Assembly: GCA_003971905.1 (NCBI GenBank)
Contig: RSEE01000002.1
Span: forward strand, 434,001 to 498,000
From: Moniliella sp. 'wahieum'
Taxonomy: Eukaryota
Reading direction: 5' to 3'
DNA: 64,000 nt
Position numbers and translations under genes: made by a program. Under the pieces are notes generated by a model that saw only the letters and a program-made list of their open reading frames with translations, searched no databases and was not told the origin of the DNA. Numbering within the stretch: position 1 is the first letter of the stretch; each line of letters opens with the position of its first letter. This document shows positions 49,953-60,862 of the stretch, in pieces.

Positions 49953-50270
49953 GGCCGGTTCGGCGAACGCGGTGGTAGGGCATCCGTCAACTTCTATCTT
50001 TCTGCTGCTCTTCTCGTCTTGGTAGTAAGAGTTGGGCGTGGGTTGGTTGGGAAGGAACAATATTTTTGTTTTGTTTTGTTCGATTGTCACCGAATGGGGA
50101 GAAGGGGGAGTGACCGATCGTCCGTTCTAACTTGGCGGCTATCTAGATTCAGACACGATACCAGAACATGCATGAACGCCAACCAAATGCTGTCCAGATG
50201 GACACACGCCGTACATGCAGCTTGCAAGATCCCTCTCTCCCAAAGGATGCCATAACCATGTAGACACTAC

Positions 50271-52188
50271 TTACTCAGTCGATAGACCTTCAATGGCCTT
50301 GCTGAGCAGCTCGGACTCCTGTGCCCAATTCGCCTTCTTGACCCTGTTGATCGTGTAGCGCACACGGCCCTCGTCCTGCCCAAGGTGAGGTGTCAGTAGC
50401 AGCAGCTAAGAGGAGGGAGAGAGTAACGTACGTTGAACACATCCCACTTGGCCTTGATAGCAAACACATACATCCCGCCCGTCTTGGACATGACATATTC
50501 CTTCAGACTGTCCCCACCATCATCGCCAAACTCGTCATGAAGCTCATTGGCTGTCTTTTCCATAAAGAATTCGCCAATGTCGTTGAACCCGTTGACCCAC
50601 AGGTGACCACTGAGGTCGGTAATGCCACCCGTAAAGAGATACCGGTACTGGGGCTCGGGCCACGTCTTGTCGCACTTCAAGCAGTGCCACTCGCCACTGG
50701 GCTCAATGGTGACCTTTTTGTTGCATCCTTCAGAGTTGCATGCCGGGTAGAACATGTGTTGTTCTTGACATAGTGCAAAGTGGCCAAGACGGAAAACGTG
50801 TCGACCTTGCCGCTCTGGTCCTGCCCCAGCCCCTCGTCGATGGCCTGGCTAATCAGCTTGCGATCATTCGGGTTGCTCATGTCAGCTCCGCCCCCTCCGG
50901 TGCCCATGTAGGCTTTGAAGTGGGTCTTGGCTCCCTCGCCTTCGTACCACCCCTTGAGCTGGTAGTATTCGTCCACGTCCGCATTGGGGTACATGGCCGA
51001 GGACATGATCATGCTGAGCGAGCGTCCACCAAAGTCGCCTACGCGAACTCCCTTGAATGCCAGCACGGGGTGAGGCTCGTCGGTACGAAAGTTGGTGGCT
51101 GTCGTGCCCCAGAGAGTAAGTCGGACGCTCATCCCAGATTGATCAACAAGGGTGAGTTCGCGCTTGGGGATTTGCCTCTGGGTGGCCTTTGCCGTGATCT
51201 CGCTCTCCTCCCCCACTTCTTGTACCACACCAATCACATCAACCAGCTGGTTCGGCTCCACATCCTGCAGCCGAGAAAGCGAGTAAAGTAAAGTTGAAGG
51301 TGATGCTGGGTACCGAGGCCGCGTCGCTGGCCTCCTCGATTTCGGTATCGTTGTTAAAGGTCAGCTCATAGTCATTGTCGAGCTTGGTAAACTGTTTCTT
51401 GGCAATCCCCACCCGGGCACGCGCAATGTAGTACACCTTGCCCTCCTGGAGAAGATTGTAGAACTGGTCCACCGCCTCGTTAAAGCCGGTGGCCCGGATC
51501 TCGCCAGTCTCGTCCAGCAGGTTGACCCAGAAGAGCTTGCCCGGCCCGCGCGCATTGGTGTAGGTCTTGATGTCTCCCTTGGCGGTCACACGGGCACGGA
51601 TCATCCACTTGTTCTGGTAAGGAGACAGTCCCTCAATGGGGTAGTACGGGAACTTGCTTTGGTGCCACCGCTGGGGGGAACAATGCTTGGGCCAGAGGTG
51701 TAGTTGCTTGACTTGAACGACGTGGCGGCGCCAGGGTCATTTTTGACGCGCACAGCCCTGAATGGGCAGTGGACGGGATGATGGGCTTGCTTTCGGGGCC
51801 GAGGGCTCGGCAGCGGGTGTGGCGCCTTCAGCACGGTAGGTGACCGGCGCACCAAACCGTTCATCCACATCCCCCACCTTTTCGGCGGCCCCCACAATGA
51901 CAATAACCCGATCCCCACGAGGCTGATCTGGTACTGGGTAATGCGGAGGAGGGTGTTGCGGTGAATTTGGTCCAGGGGAAGGGGCGAGTCTTTGGAGAAG
52001 ACCATCATGGCTTGGGAGAAGGTCTGGCCGTCGGAAAGGACGAGGCGGACACGGGTGGCATCGGGGTTGCTGATGGGGAGGAGCTTGATGCTCAGGACTT
52101 GGACCACGAGGTTGTCGGGCTCCATGGGCAGTTCGCGGCGGATCATCATGGAGACCGCATTGGGCGTTAGGTCATCCTGCGTCAGCAT
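50271..52188 (-). CDS. RFA1: Replication protein A 70-kDa subunit
   Basis: N-terminal OB fold LVVQVLSIK..RLVLSDG..QAM; IRARVTAKGDIKTYTNARGPGKLFWVNLLDETGEIRATGFN; DVIGVVQEVGE..KRELTLVDQSG..LTLWG; zinc motif YPACNSEGCNKKV..WHCLKCDK; intron near 50330-50432; stop at 50271. Confidence 0.95.
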
Positions 52189-52345
52189 GGTGGCGGTGGC
52201 GGTGGCGGCGGGAGCAAGGAGGAACAGCACACGGGTGGTGGGGAGGAGGATGCGCGCAGAGGAGGAAGCAGAGAGCAGAGAGCAGCCGCAGCCGAGAGCA
52301 GCCAGCAGAGAAAGCCGCCTCCAGAATTGCTTGGCCCGCCCGTGT

Positions 52346-52428
52346 ACGCGTCCCTGGCCCCGGCCGCATGGCGCCAGTGTGCCGGTGGCGACCGCACGGG
52401 GGATGCGCGTCGCGTAGGTCGGCGCGTC
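52346..52428. promoter_or_regulatory. MCB-like (ACGCGT/ACGCG) cluster upstream of RFA1
   Basis: ACGCGT at 52346-52351, tandem CGCGTCGCGT at 52406-52415 and CGCGTC at 52423-52428, 160-240 bp upstream of the RFA1 ATG. RFA1 is a classical MBF target in yeasts. Confidence 0.4.
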
Positions 52429-53197
52429 GGGTTGGTTACCTAAGCACAGCGCGGTCGGGGAAGGACTGGCGAGTGCCGGTGTGAGGCCAGGCGCAGCTGC
52501 GGCACTCGGACTGCATTGCAGCCTCCCGATGCAGATCGCATCCATCGGCGGCTGAATGTTTCAACATCCACCCTCCATGCAGCGTTCAACTGAACGTTCA
52601 ACGAACGTTCAACGATCCTCGATGCTCGGTCACCGGTCACCGGTCATCGACTCTCGCCCTGCGGCGCAGTGCGAGCCAGTCCCCCCCCCTGCGCCCGCCC
52701 CCTCAGCGCCTCAGCGCCCCCTGCCTCCGTCCGCACGCCTCAGCTGAGCACCAAGCACCACACTGGCGGGGTGCGGCCTCCCGTGCTGCGCTGGTGGCCA
52801 ACCAACACTGGATGCGAGGGCACAGCGCCAGCGCGGGCCAGCCGCGGGTGGCCGGCCTGCGGGAGACGCAGCACCGCAGGGCGCCAGTATACGTGGGGCT
52901 GCTCCACCGATCCCCGTGGCCGGCAGCGCGCCTGTGTGGCCCCGTTTGCCGTTTGCAGTGCCGCCGCTTCGATTTCTGTTCTGCGGAGCTCGGCGGCGGC
53001 CAAGGCGGGCGGGATCCAAGCGACGCAGGGTGGGCGGTGCCACGCTCGCCACCCGCAGTCGCCGCTCTCCGCCCCGCTCCCTGCCGTGTCCACCCCCGCC
53101 ACCGCCACTCCGCCAGCCCCCACCTCCCCTCCTCGGCTCCTCGGCTCCTCGGCTCCTCAGCTCCTCCGCCCCTCAGCCCCCCTCCCCCTCCCCCGTC

Positions 53198-56100
53198 ATG
53201 AGCTCTGGCGCGGATCTGGCGCTCGGCGGCGGCGCTCCCGATGCGGTCGTCGCCGCGCTCCAGCAGCGCTTCCGCGCCGACCAGCCCTACTCGCGCCTCG
53301 GCGCCACCACCCTCGTCAGCCTCAACCCTCTCCGTGCCCTCGCCAATCTCAACGACGCCTCTGCCGAGACGTACCGCTCCCACACCTATGCCCACGCCAA
53401 CTGGAGGCCGAAGGCCGTGATCCTGCCGACGTGCTCCCGCCCCATCCGTATGAGTTTGCCGCCCGCGTGTACCATGCCATGCGCTGCACCCGCCGTTCCC
53501 AGGCGCTGCTCCTCACTGGCGCGACCGAGTCCGGCAAGTCGTTCGTCTCCAAGCTGGTTCGTGACCAGCTGCTGCGCCTCAGCCTCCATTCCCGCTCAGA
53601 GAAGCGCCTGGCCGACAACCTCAAGAACGCCGACATCATCCTCGCTGCCTTTGGCCACGCCAAGACCAAAGCCAACGCCGATGCCTCTCGCTTCTCACGC
53701 TACACCGAGTTGCATTATGACCACGCCGGCGCCACGACCGGTGCTCGCATCTTCACTTTTGGCCTCGACAAGTCGCGCGTCATCCGCCTTCCTCGTGAGG
53801 AACGCACCTTCCATGTCTTTTACCAGCTCGTTTCCGGTGCGTCCCACGAGGAGCGCGAGTCGTTGCGTCTTGAAGACGCCCTTTCCTACCAACTCTTTAA
53901 TTCATCCCGCTGCTACCGGTGCGTCTTGTTGCTACCTTTTCTGCCTTGGGGTTTGGAATACTGACCTGACCCTTGTGCTGCAGTCTCCCGGGCGGACCCT
54001 ACAGTGACGATGCTCTCATGATGGACTCGCTTCGCTCGGCGATGCTCCGGATTGGGTTCAAGCCGAAGCACGTTTCCTCCATCTTTGCTGTCGTTGCTGC
54101 TATCTTGGCCCTGGGCAACCTGCAATTTGGGGACCACAATGGATTTGATGCCACTTTTGAAGCTGCCCATCTCCTTACCCCGGCTGTGCTCACCACTGTG
54201 GCTGAACTGCTCGCTGTTGAAGAGGATGCGCTCACTCAGGCGCTCACCCATCGCACCCGCTGCGTTAAGAAAGAGGTTGTCACTTCGCTCCTCAATGCCA
54301 GCAGTTCGTCCAAGCAACGCGACGCTATGGTGCGGGATATGTACGCCACCCTCTTCGCCTTCATTGTTGAAACTGTCAACCACAAGATCGCCCCTCCAGA
54401 GACAGGGGCCATGGTCATTTCCTCACTTGATCTCCCAGGATTCACATCCAAGGAAGGCCACTCTCTCGAGGGCTACTTTTCTTTGGGATTTGAAGACTTT
54501 GCAACAACTTTATGGCCGAGACACTCTTCAACTGGCTCACCACCCGCGAATTTGACGATACAGTCTCGCCCAACCGGGAAATGGTTGAGGACGGGCTAAA
54601 CTTGCCTCATATTACGCCACCGGATAATGCCGCCGTTGTGGAGCTCCTTCGCGGCACCGTGGTGGGGATGGCAGCAGATTATCGTCCCTCGGGCTTGCTG
54701 GGCGTATTGGATCGTGCGGGTGCCAAGATCCGTACGGGCAAGCTCAATGAGATGATGATGCATCCCTCGCTGCTGACTTGGACACGTTCGCCTATCATAC
54801 TCGTTCGTCTCGACTCAAGCTATGTATGCATCGTCCGGCCAGCGGAACCAGTTGGTGTGCGGCATTACCAAGGCCCTTGCGTCTACTCTGTGGACAATTC
54901 CTTGCAGCCGACACGGATGCATTCGACGCGGGCTTGTCACACTTCTTCGCAGCTCGCGCGACCCCTTCATCGCCCGTCTTCTCCGCGCCCAAGTTTTGGC
55001 GATCGAAACCCACCGCTGGATGACAATGTGATTGTAGGTGCTCAAGTCACTTCGCGTCCCCCTCGGGACATTACATGGGAGGACCGTCCGGCCAGAGAGG
55101 GAGAAGACAAGCCCTACCTCGACCAAGACAAGATGTATGGTGTTTCGCGACAACTTAATGCTACCTTGACCGAGATGATCCACAACATTGAGACTGCCGA
55201 TACACTTTGGTCCGTCATCTGTCTCCGTGCCAACGAAATTTCTCAGCCGAGCGCGTTTGATGCCCCTCTCATCAAAGCCCAGGTTGCCTCCCTGCATCTG
55301 CCCGAGCTCATCGCGAGGAAGCGGGTCGAGTTCTTCAGGGGCATGGACATCGAGGAGTTCTGTCTCCGCTATTCGGACTTTGTCATTCCTATCGCTGCCG
55401 CAGCAGGAGCAGAAGACGGGCGCGGGAAGGTACAGGCATTGAGTATCGCCAATGCCTGGCGCGACGGAATGGACTATGCTCTGGGCGAACACAAAGTCTG
55501 GCTGTCGTACCCGATCTGGCGGAAGCTCGAAGACCGCCTGCGGGTTAGCCACGGCGAACAGGACACCGTCCCTACCATTGAGGTGGAGAAAGCAGAAGAA
55601 GGAGGAGAAGAAGACGAGGGCGAAGGCGAGGGCGAAGGCGAGTATCCCCCTGTTGCACGGGGTATGCCTGCGGCACCTGCCAACCCCTTCGAGGCTGGCA
55701 CGCCAGATGCCCATTCACTTCACAGCCGCTCCATCCGCTCCCAACCTGCCACGGCTTGGGCGGGCGCCGGGTTGGCTGCGGGTGCAGGTATGGCAGCCGG
55801 TGCCGAGTGGGGCCAAGATGCCTATGGCGATGCCAACCCTGGCATGATGGGTGCACCAGAGAAGGCTGGCATGGAAGTCAAGGCCTTGGACGCAGTGGAG
55901 GAAGACGGAGAGGTCACTCGGGTTCGTCGTGTTTGGAAGATGATCGTGTGGTGCATGACATTCTGGATCCCCAACTTCCTCATCAGCTCCATTGGCCGGA
56001 TCCACCGTCCGGACGTGATGTTTGCCTGGCGTGAGAAGATGACCATCTTTTCTCTCATCCTCTTGGCCAACGGCGCCATTCTGTTTTATATCATTGGTGT

Positions 56101-59100
56101 TGGTATGATCGTTTGCCCTGAATTCAACAAGGTGTGGGACTCATCTCAGCTCTCCGAGCACGGGTCATCCAACAACTTTTGGGTCGCTGTCGCGGGCAAG
56201 GTGTATGACATTACCAAGTTCTATCGCGGCTCCCATTCAAACGATCCGCACTACTTTAGCATGACGGACGACGAGAACGGGTTACTTTGGTGGCAAGGAC
56301 ATTACTCTCTACTTCCCGGTGCCACTCTACGTGGGCTGCCCAGGACTGGTGTCAGATAAGACACTGGAGCTGACTTACAGTGTCAACTCGACCATGGTCA
56401 TTGAAGAGGTGCCAGGGCAGGTGATCCATTACTCGGGGGCTCAGCAGGATGACAAAAGTACCCAACTTGCGGCAGACGATTGGTACCCGAATCAGTTTGT
56501 CACCACGATGAACCATTATTACAAGGCACCTTTGTCTACACCAAGGAAGATTTCAAGTCGCAGGGCACATGGCGCAATTGGGTCTCGATTGACAACAAAG
56601 TCTACGACTTGACTGACTATCTCAACTCCCAGTCGATGGCATCCAACGCAAGTCAATGGAGTTGGCTTAACCCCAACTTGGTCAACTTTTTCCGGAACCA
56701 AGCAGGCACAGATGTGTCCTCGGAGTTTAAGAAAACCCTCAACTCACTCCCCAAGCTTGAGCAGACGCAGAACATGAATTGTCTCGATAAGGTGTTTTAC
56801 GTGGGCAAGCGGGATCCGCGGCAAACGCCTCGATGCATGGTGCAGAACTACATCCTCCTCTCGTTCTCTGCGATCATCATGCTTATTATGGTGAGCAAGT
56901 TTGTTGCTGCGCTTCAACTCACGCCCAAGCGCAATCCGGAACAGCAGGACAAGTTCGTCATCTGTCAAATTCCATGCTACACTGAGGATGAGGACAGTCT
57001 CCGCAAAACCATCGACTCGATTGCTGCTCTAAAGTACGACGACAAACGCAAACTGATCTTCATCATTTGCGATGGTATGATTGTTGGATCGGGCAATGAC
57101 GCACCCACGCCCCGTATCGTGCTGGACATTTTGGGTGTTGATCCTCGCATTGACCCAGAACCCTTGGCATTCAAGTCTATTGCCGAGGGTAGCAAGCAGC
57201 TCAACTTTGGCAAGATCTACTCAGGACTGTACGAGTTTGAAGGTCATGTCGTCCCCTACATTGTCACCGTCAAGGTTGGCCGTCCTTCGGAACGTGCCCG
57301 GCCTGGTAACCGTGGCAAACGTGACACCCAAATTCTTCTCATGCGCTGGCTCAACCGCGTCCACTTTGATGCCCCTATGAGCCCGCTCGAGCTTGAGCTG
57401 ACCCATCAGTGCAAGAATGTGATTGGAATTGACCCGGCCTTTTACGAGTACGTGTTGACTGTCGATGCTGACACGCAAGTGCGTGAGGACTCGCTCAACC
57501 GTCTCGTGGCCGTCACGGCCGACGACTCGAAGATCGTTGCTCTTTGTGGAGAGACGATGCTGGACAACGAGGAGAGCAGTTGGTGGACCATGATCCAGGT
57601 GTACGAGTATTACATCTCCCACCACCTGGCCAAGGCGTTCGAGTCATTGTTTGGTTCGGTCACTTGTTTGCCTGGATGTTTCTCCATCTATCGCATCCGT
57701 TCTGCGACAAAGGCAAGCCGCTCTTTGTCTCTTCGCGAGTGATTGATGAGTACAGCGAAAACAAGGTCGACACGCTTCACAAGAAGAACCTGTTTTCCTT
57801 GGGTGAGGACCGGTACCTGACCACTCTGCTCCTCAAGAACTTCCCTATGTACAAGACCAAGTTTACCTCTGATGCCAAGGCGCTTACATCGGCCCCGGAC
57901 CGGTGGGGAATTCTCTTGTCACAGCGGCGTCGCTGGATTAACTCTACCGTTCACAACTTGGCCGAGCTTTCGATGATGGAGGAGATGTGTGGCTTCTGTC
58001 TTTTCTCGATGCGGTTTGTTGTGTTCATTGATTTGGTCGGCACCATCATCCTTCCCTCGACGGTTGTCTACTTGATCTACATGATCTACATGGCCGCCTC
58101 CAAGAAATCGGCTGTTCCTTATATCTCGATTGCTCTTATCGCGGCTACTTATGGTCTGCAGGTCATCATCTTCCTGCTCAAACGTCAATGGCAGTACATT
58201 GGCTGGATGTTCATCTACGTATGTGCCTCGATTCCTCTTGTGCCGACGAAGTAACTAACTCTTCTTGATAGCTGCTCGCATACCCTATCTGGTCCTTCTT
58301 CCTTCCCATCTACTCGTTCTGGCATATGGATGACTTTTCGTGGGGAAACACGCGTGTCGTCGTGGGTGAGAAGGGCAACAAGAAAATTGTCGCGGGCACG
58401 GATGACGAGCCCTACCATGACTCGATGATTCCCCTCAAGCGTTTCAGTGAGTACCAGCAGGAGGTCTGGGAACGCGGCAGCGTCTCGGACAATGAGGGAG
58501 AGCCTCACTGGCGGTGAGGGACCGTTTGGCAACCCGCTCATCACGGGCTCCATGCCGAGTCTACCTCACGGATCCATGTACAAGGGTTCGATGTACAAGG
58601 GCTCGCACATGGGCGATGGTTCGATGTACAAGGGTGGCTCGGTATACTCGGACGAAGAGTCTGAATATGACACTGGCGACTACTACCAGCGCACCAATGT
58701 CATCCAATCTGCCGCCCAAAGCCGGAGCAACCTATCGCATCAGCCCCGGAGTCAAATGGGTGGCTCGGCTGCTTCGCATGTGGGCATGCCACCCCCCATG
58801 GGACAACAAACGCCATTTGCCTCCATGTATGGCATGCCGGGTATGCAGGGCTCTATGTACGGCCTGGGTCCGGGCATGCCGTCCATGTATGGCATGCCAC
58901 CGGGGAGCATGTACGGTATGCCTGGCACCTCCATGTTGGGTGGTGGTGGGTGGTTCGGCTTCGATGCTGGGCGGAAATACGTCGATGATGGATGTGAACG
59001 CTGGTCTGGGTGGCATGGGTGGCATGCAGACCCCTTTGGCGGCAGATACCAATCTGGCTACCACTGCTCTCCGGCCACCAGTTCCGCTGCCCGCCCCGTC

Positions 59101-59338
59101 TCGACCAATCCGTTTGCAGCGCCAGCGGTGCCACTTGCTCCGCGCGACACGGCCAGTCCGTCGGATGCGGAAATCGTGCTGGCGGTGCAGACGTACCTGG
59201 CGCAACAACCTTCTCTGAAACGTCACCAAACGCTCGGCCCGCGAGGCTGTCATGGCTGCCTTCCCCAATGCGCCGACGATCAAAGAGAAGAAGACATTGA
59301 TCAACAAGGCGATCGACGATACACTGCGCGGGCAGTAA
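53198..59338 (+). CDS. Chitin synthase with N-terminal myosin-motor-like domain, cytochrome-b5-like domains and C-terminal DEK_C-like domain (class V/VII); introns ~53919-53983 and ~58219-58271
   Basis: [72 protein letters not shown] and [110 protein letters not shown] at 59336-59338. Confidence 0.95.
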
Positions 59339-60090
59339 ATCTGGTTTCTAGGTTTCGTTTTGCTCAGTCTTCCTGTACGCTCGGGTTCACGTTCACGGGC
59401 CTTTTTTTGAGATATGCATCCTTTCCGTTTTCTCCATGAACCGTATGAGATGCTATCGATCCTCAACGGTTCAACACACACGCGCATTCGCTTTTTAGTC
59501 CCTTCCCCTTCGCCCTCCCCCCCTCCCTTTCCCGCCTGTTCCCCCTTTTCCCACTGCCGCCCTGGATCGAATCGACCTGGTCGACCGGATGGAGGAGAAT
59601 CGCTCTTCTTCCCCCTCAAAAACAATTGTTCTTGGCGCTGTTTCGTCGTTGGCTTTGTTCCCCCTCACATATGCACCCCGTTCTTTTCCTCTGGTTGGCA
59701 CGCCTAGCTCCTAGTCAGGGGTATGTATATGTAGGTTGCATATGCACAGACAAGCACTGCGCAGCGCGATCCCCCGACAGACGAACCAGGTGCATATATC
59801 GTAGGAGAGCAGTACAGATCCAGCACATCGAACTGAATGAGATGCTGATGATGCTGTACCAGTGATGCTAGTGATGAGATGGGGAAAGGTGATTCGTTGC
59901 CATCCGCCTCAAGCTGTCTCCCAAAAAAACATAGGTCGCCTCCGAGCTCGTCAAAAATGCCTTCAAAAAATACAGTCGGCAAGTCCGCCGCCTACACTTT
60001 CGGGGGCTCCACATTATTATAGCAGCGTCAACCTCATTGAGCTGTTACCGGTTACCGCAGCAACAGCTCATCCATCTTGGTGCCCACTGC

Positions 60091-60862
60091 TCAACCTACC
60101 GGCTCTTCCGTAATGACCTCATCCCCGGGTCTCTCCCGAAGCTCCACCTTCACCTGGACGCAAAGCAAGGGCCCAGCCGGATCCACACCCTCTGCTTCAC
60201 CCAGTCCGCCTGCTTCACCCGTACCGTACTCTCCCCCCACCCGAAGTTCCGAGGTGGGTACGACGCATGAGTTCAGCCAAGTCTTCTTCCTCAGAAGGGG
60301 GATAGCCACTCCACTCATCGCTCTGGTCGTGTGGCGACGAGTCACTGTCCCCCTCTAGGATTAGGCCCAAAGCGCCGCCGCTAAGGGCCATGAGATCATA
60401 GCTGTTGCCGAACGAGTCATAGCTCGCGCCATCATCCGGCATAGTAAGGTCCATGGGGAACCCACTTGCCGGAGGGGTGCTTCGATGTAAGAGACACCGC
60501 AGAAGGTACGCTTCTTCATCCGATCCCGGGACATCCGTTACACATCCCTCCTGCCAAATGTAATGCTGGTCCGTAGGAGTAGTAGTAGGCAGCCGGCTAA
60601 CGCCGAGATGACCGCTGTGGTGCTCATCGGTGCCCCAATCGAACGCGTTGGGCAAAGATTCCACCCGTCCTTGATCATGCTCCGCTTCGTCAAGAGGGAG
60701 TAGATGGCTCGTATTCGAACTCGAATGGTAGTAGGGCTCGTCCATAGGCATAGGTGCTCCGTCGGTGCATAGGGCGCTTTCGTCGTGCTGGTGACTCAGC
60801 CCCTCGAAGGGGGTGGACAGTAGCCGAAACGAGTGGCCAGGTTCACGATGCTGGTTCGCCAT
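60091..60862 (-). CDS. Hypothetical acidic orphan protein
   Basis: MANQHREPG... is open for >200 codons (ORF 60215-61018) and probably shifts into the 60091-60345 frame at a G-run. No domain recognised. Confidence 0.35.

Noticed and set aside
1293..59338. Pseudogene cluster or programmed ribosomal frameshifting
   Set aside because: Indels hit essential genes indiscriminately with no recurring slippery motif; sequencing error is far more parsimonious.
26026..59338. Cell-wall functional gene cluster (SMI1, PMA1, chitin synthase)
   Set aside because: The genes are far apart and interleaved with unrelated housekeeping genes; there is no evidence of clustering beyond chance.
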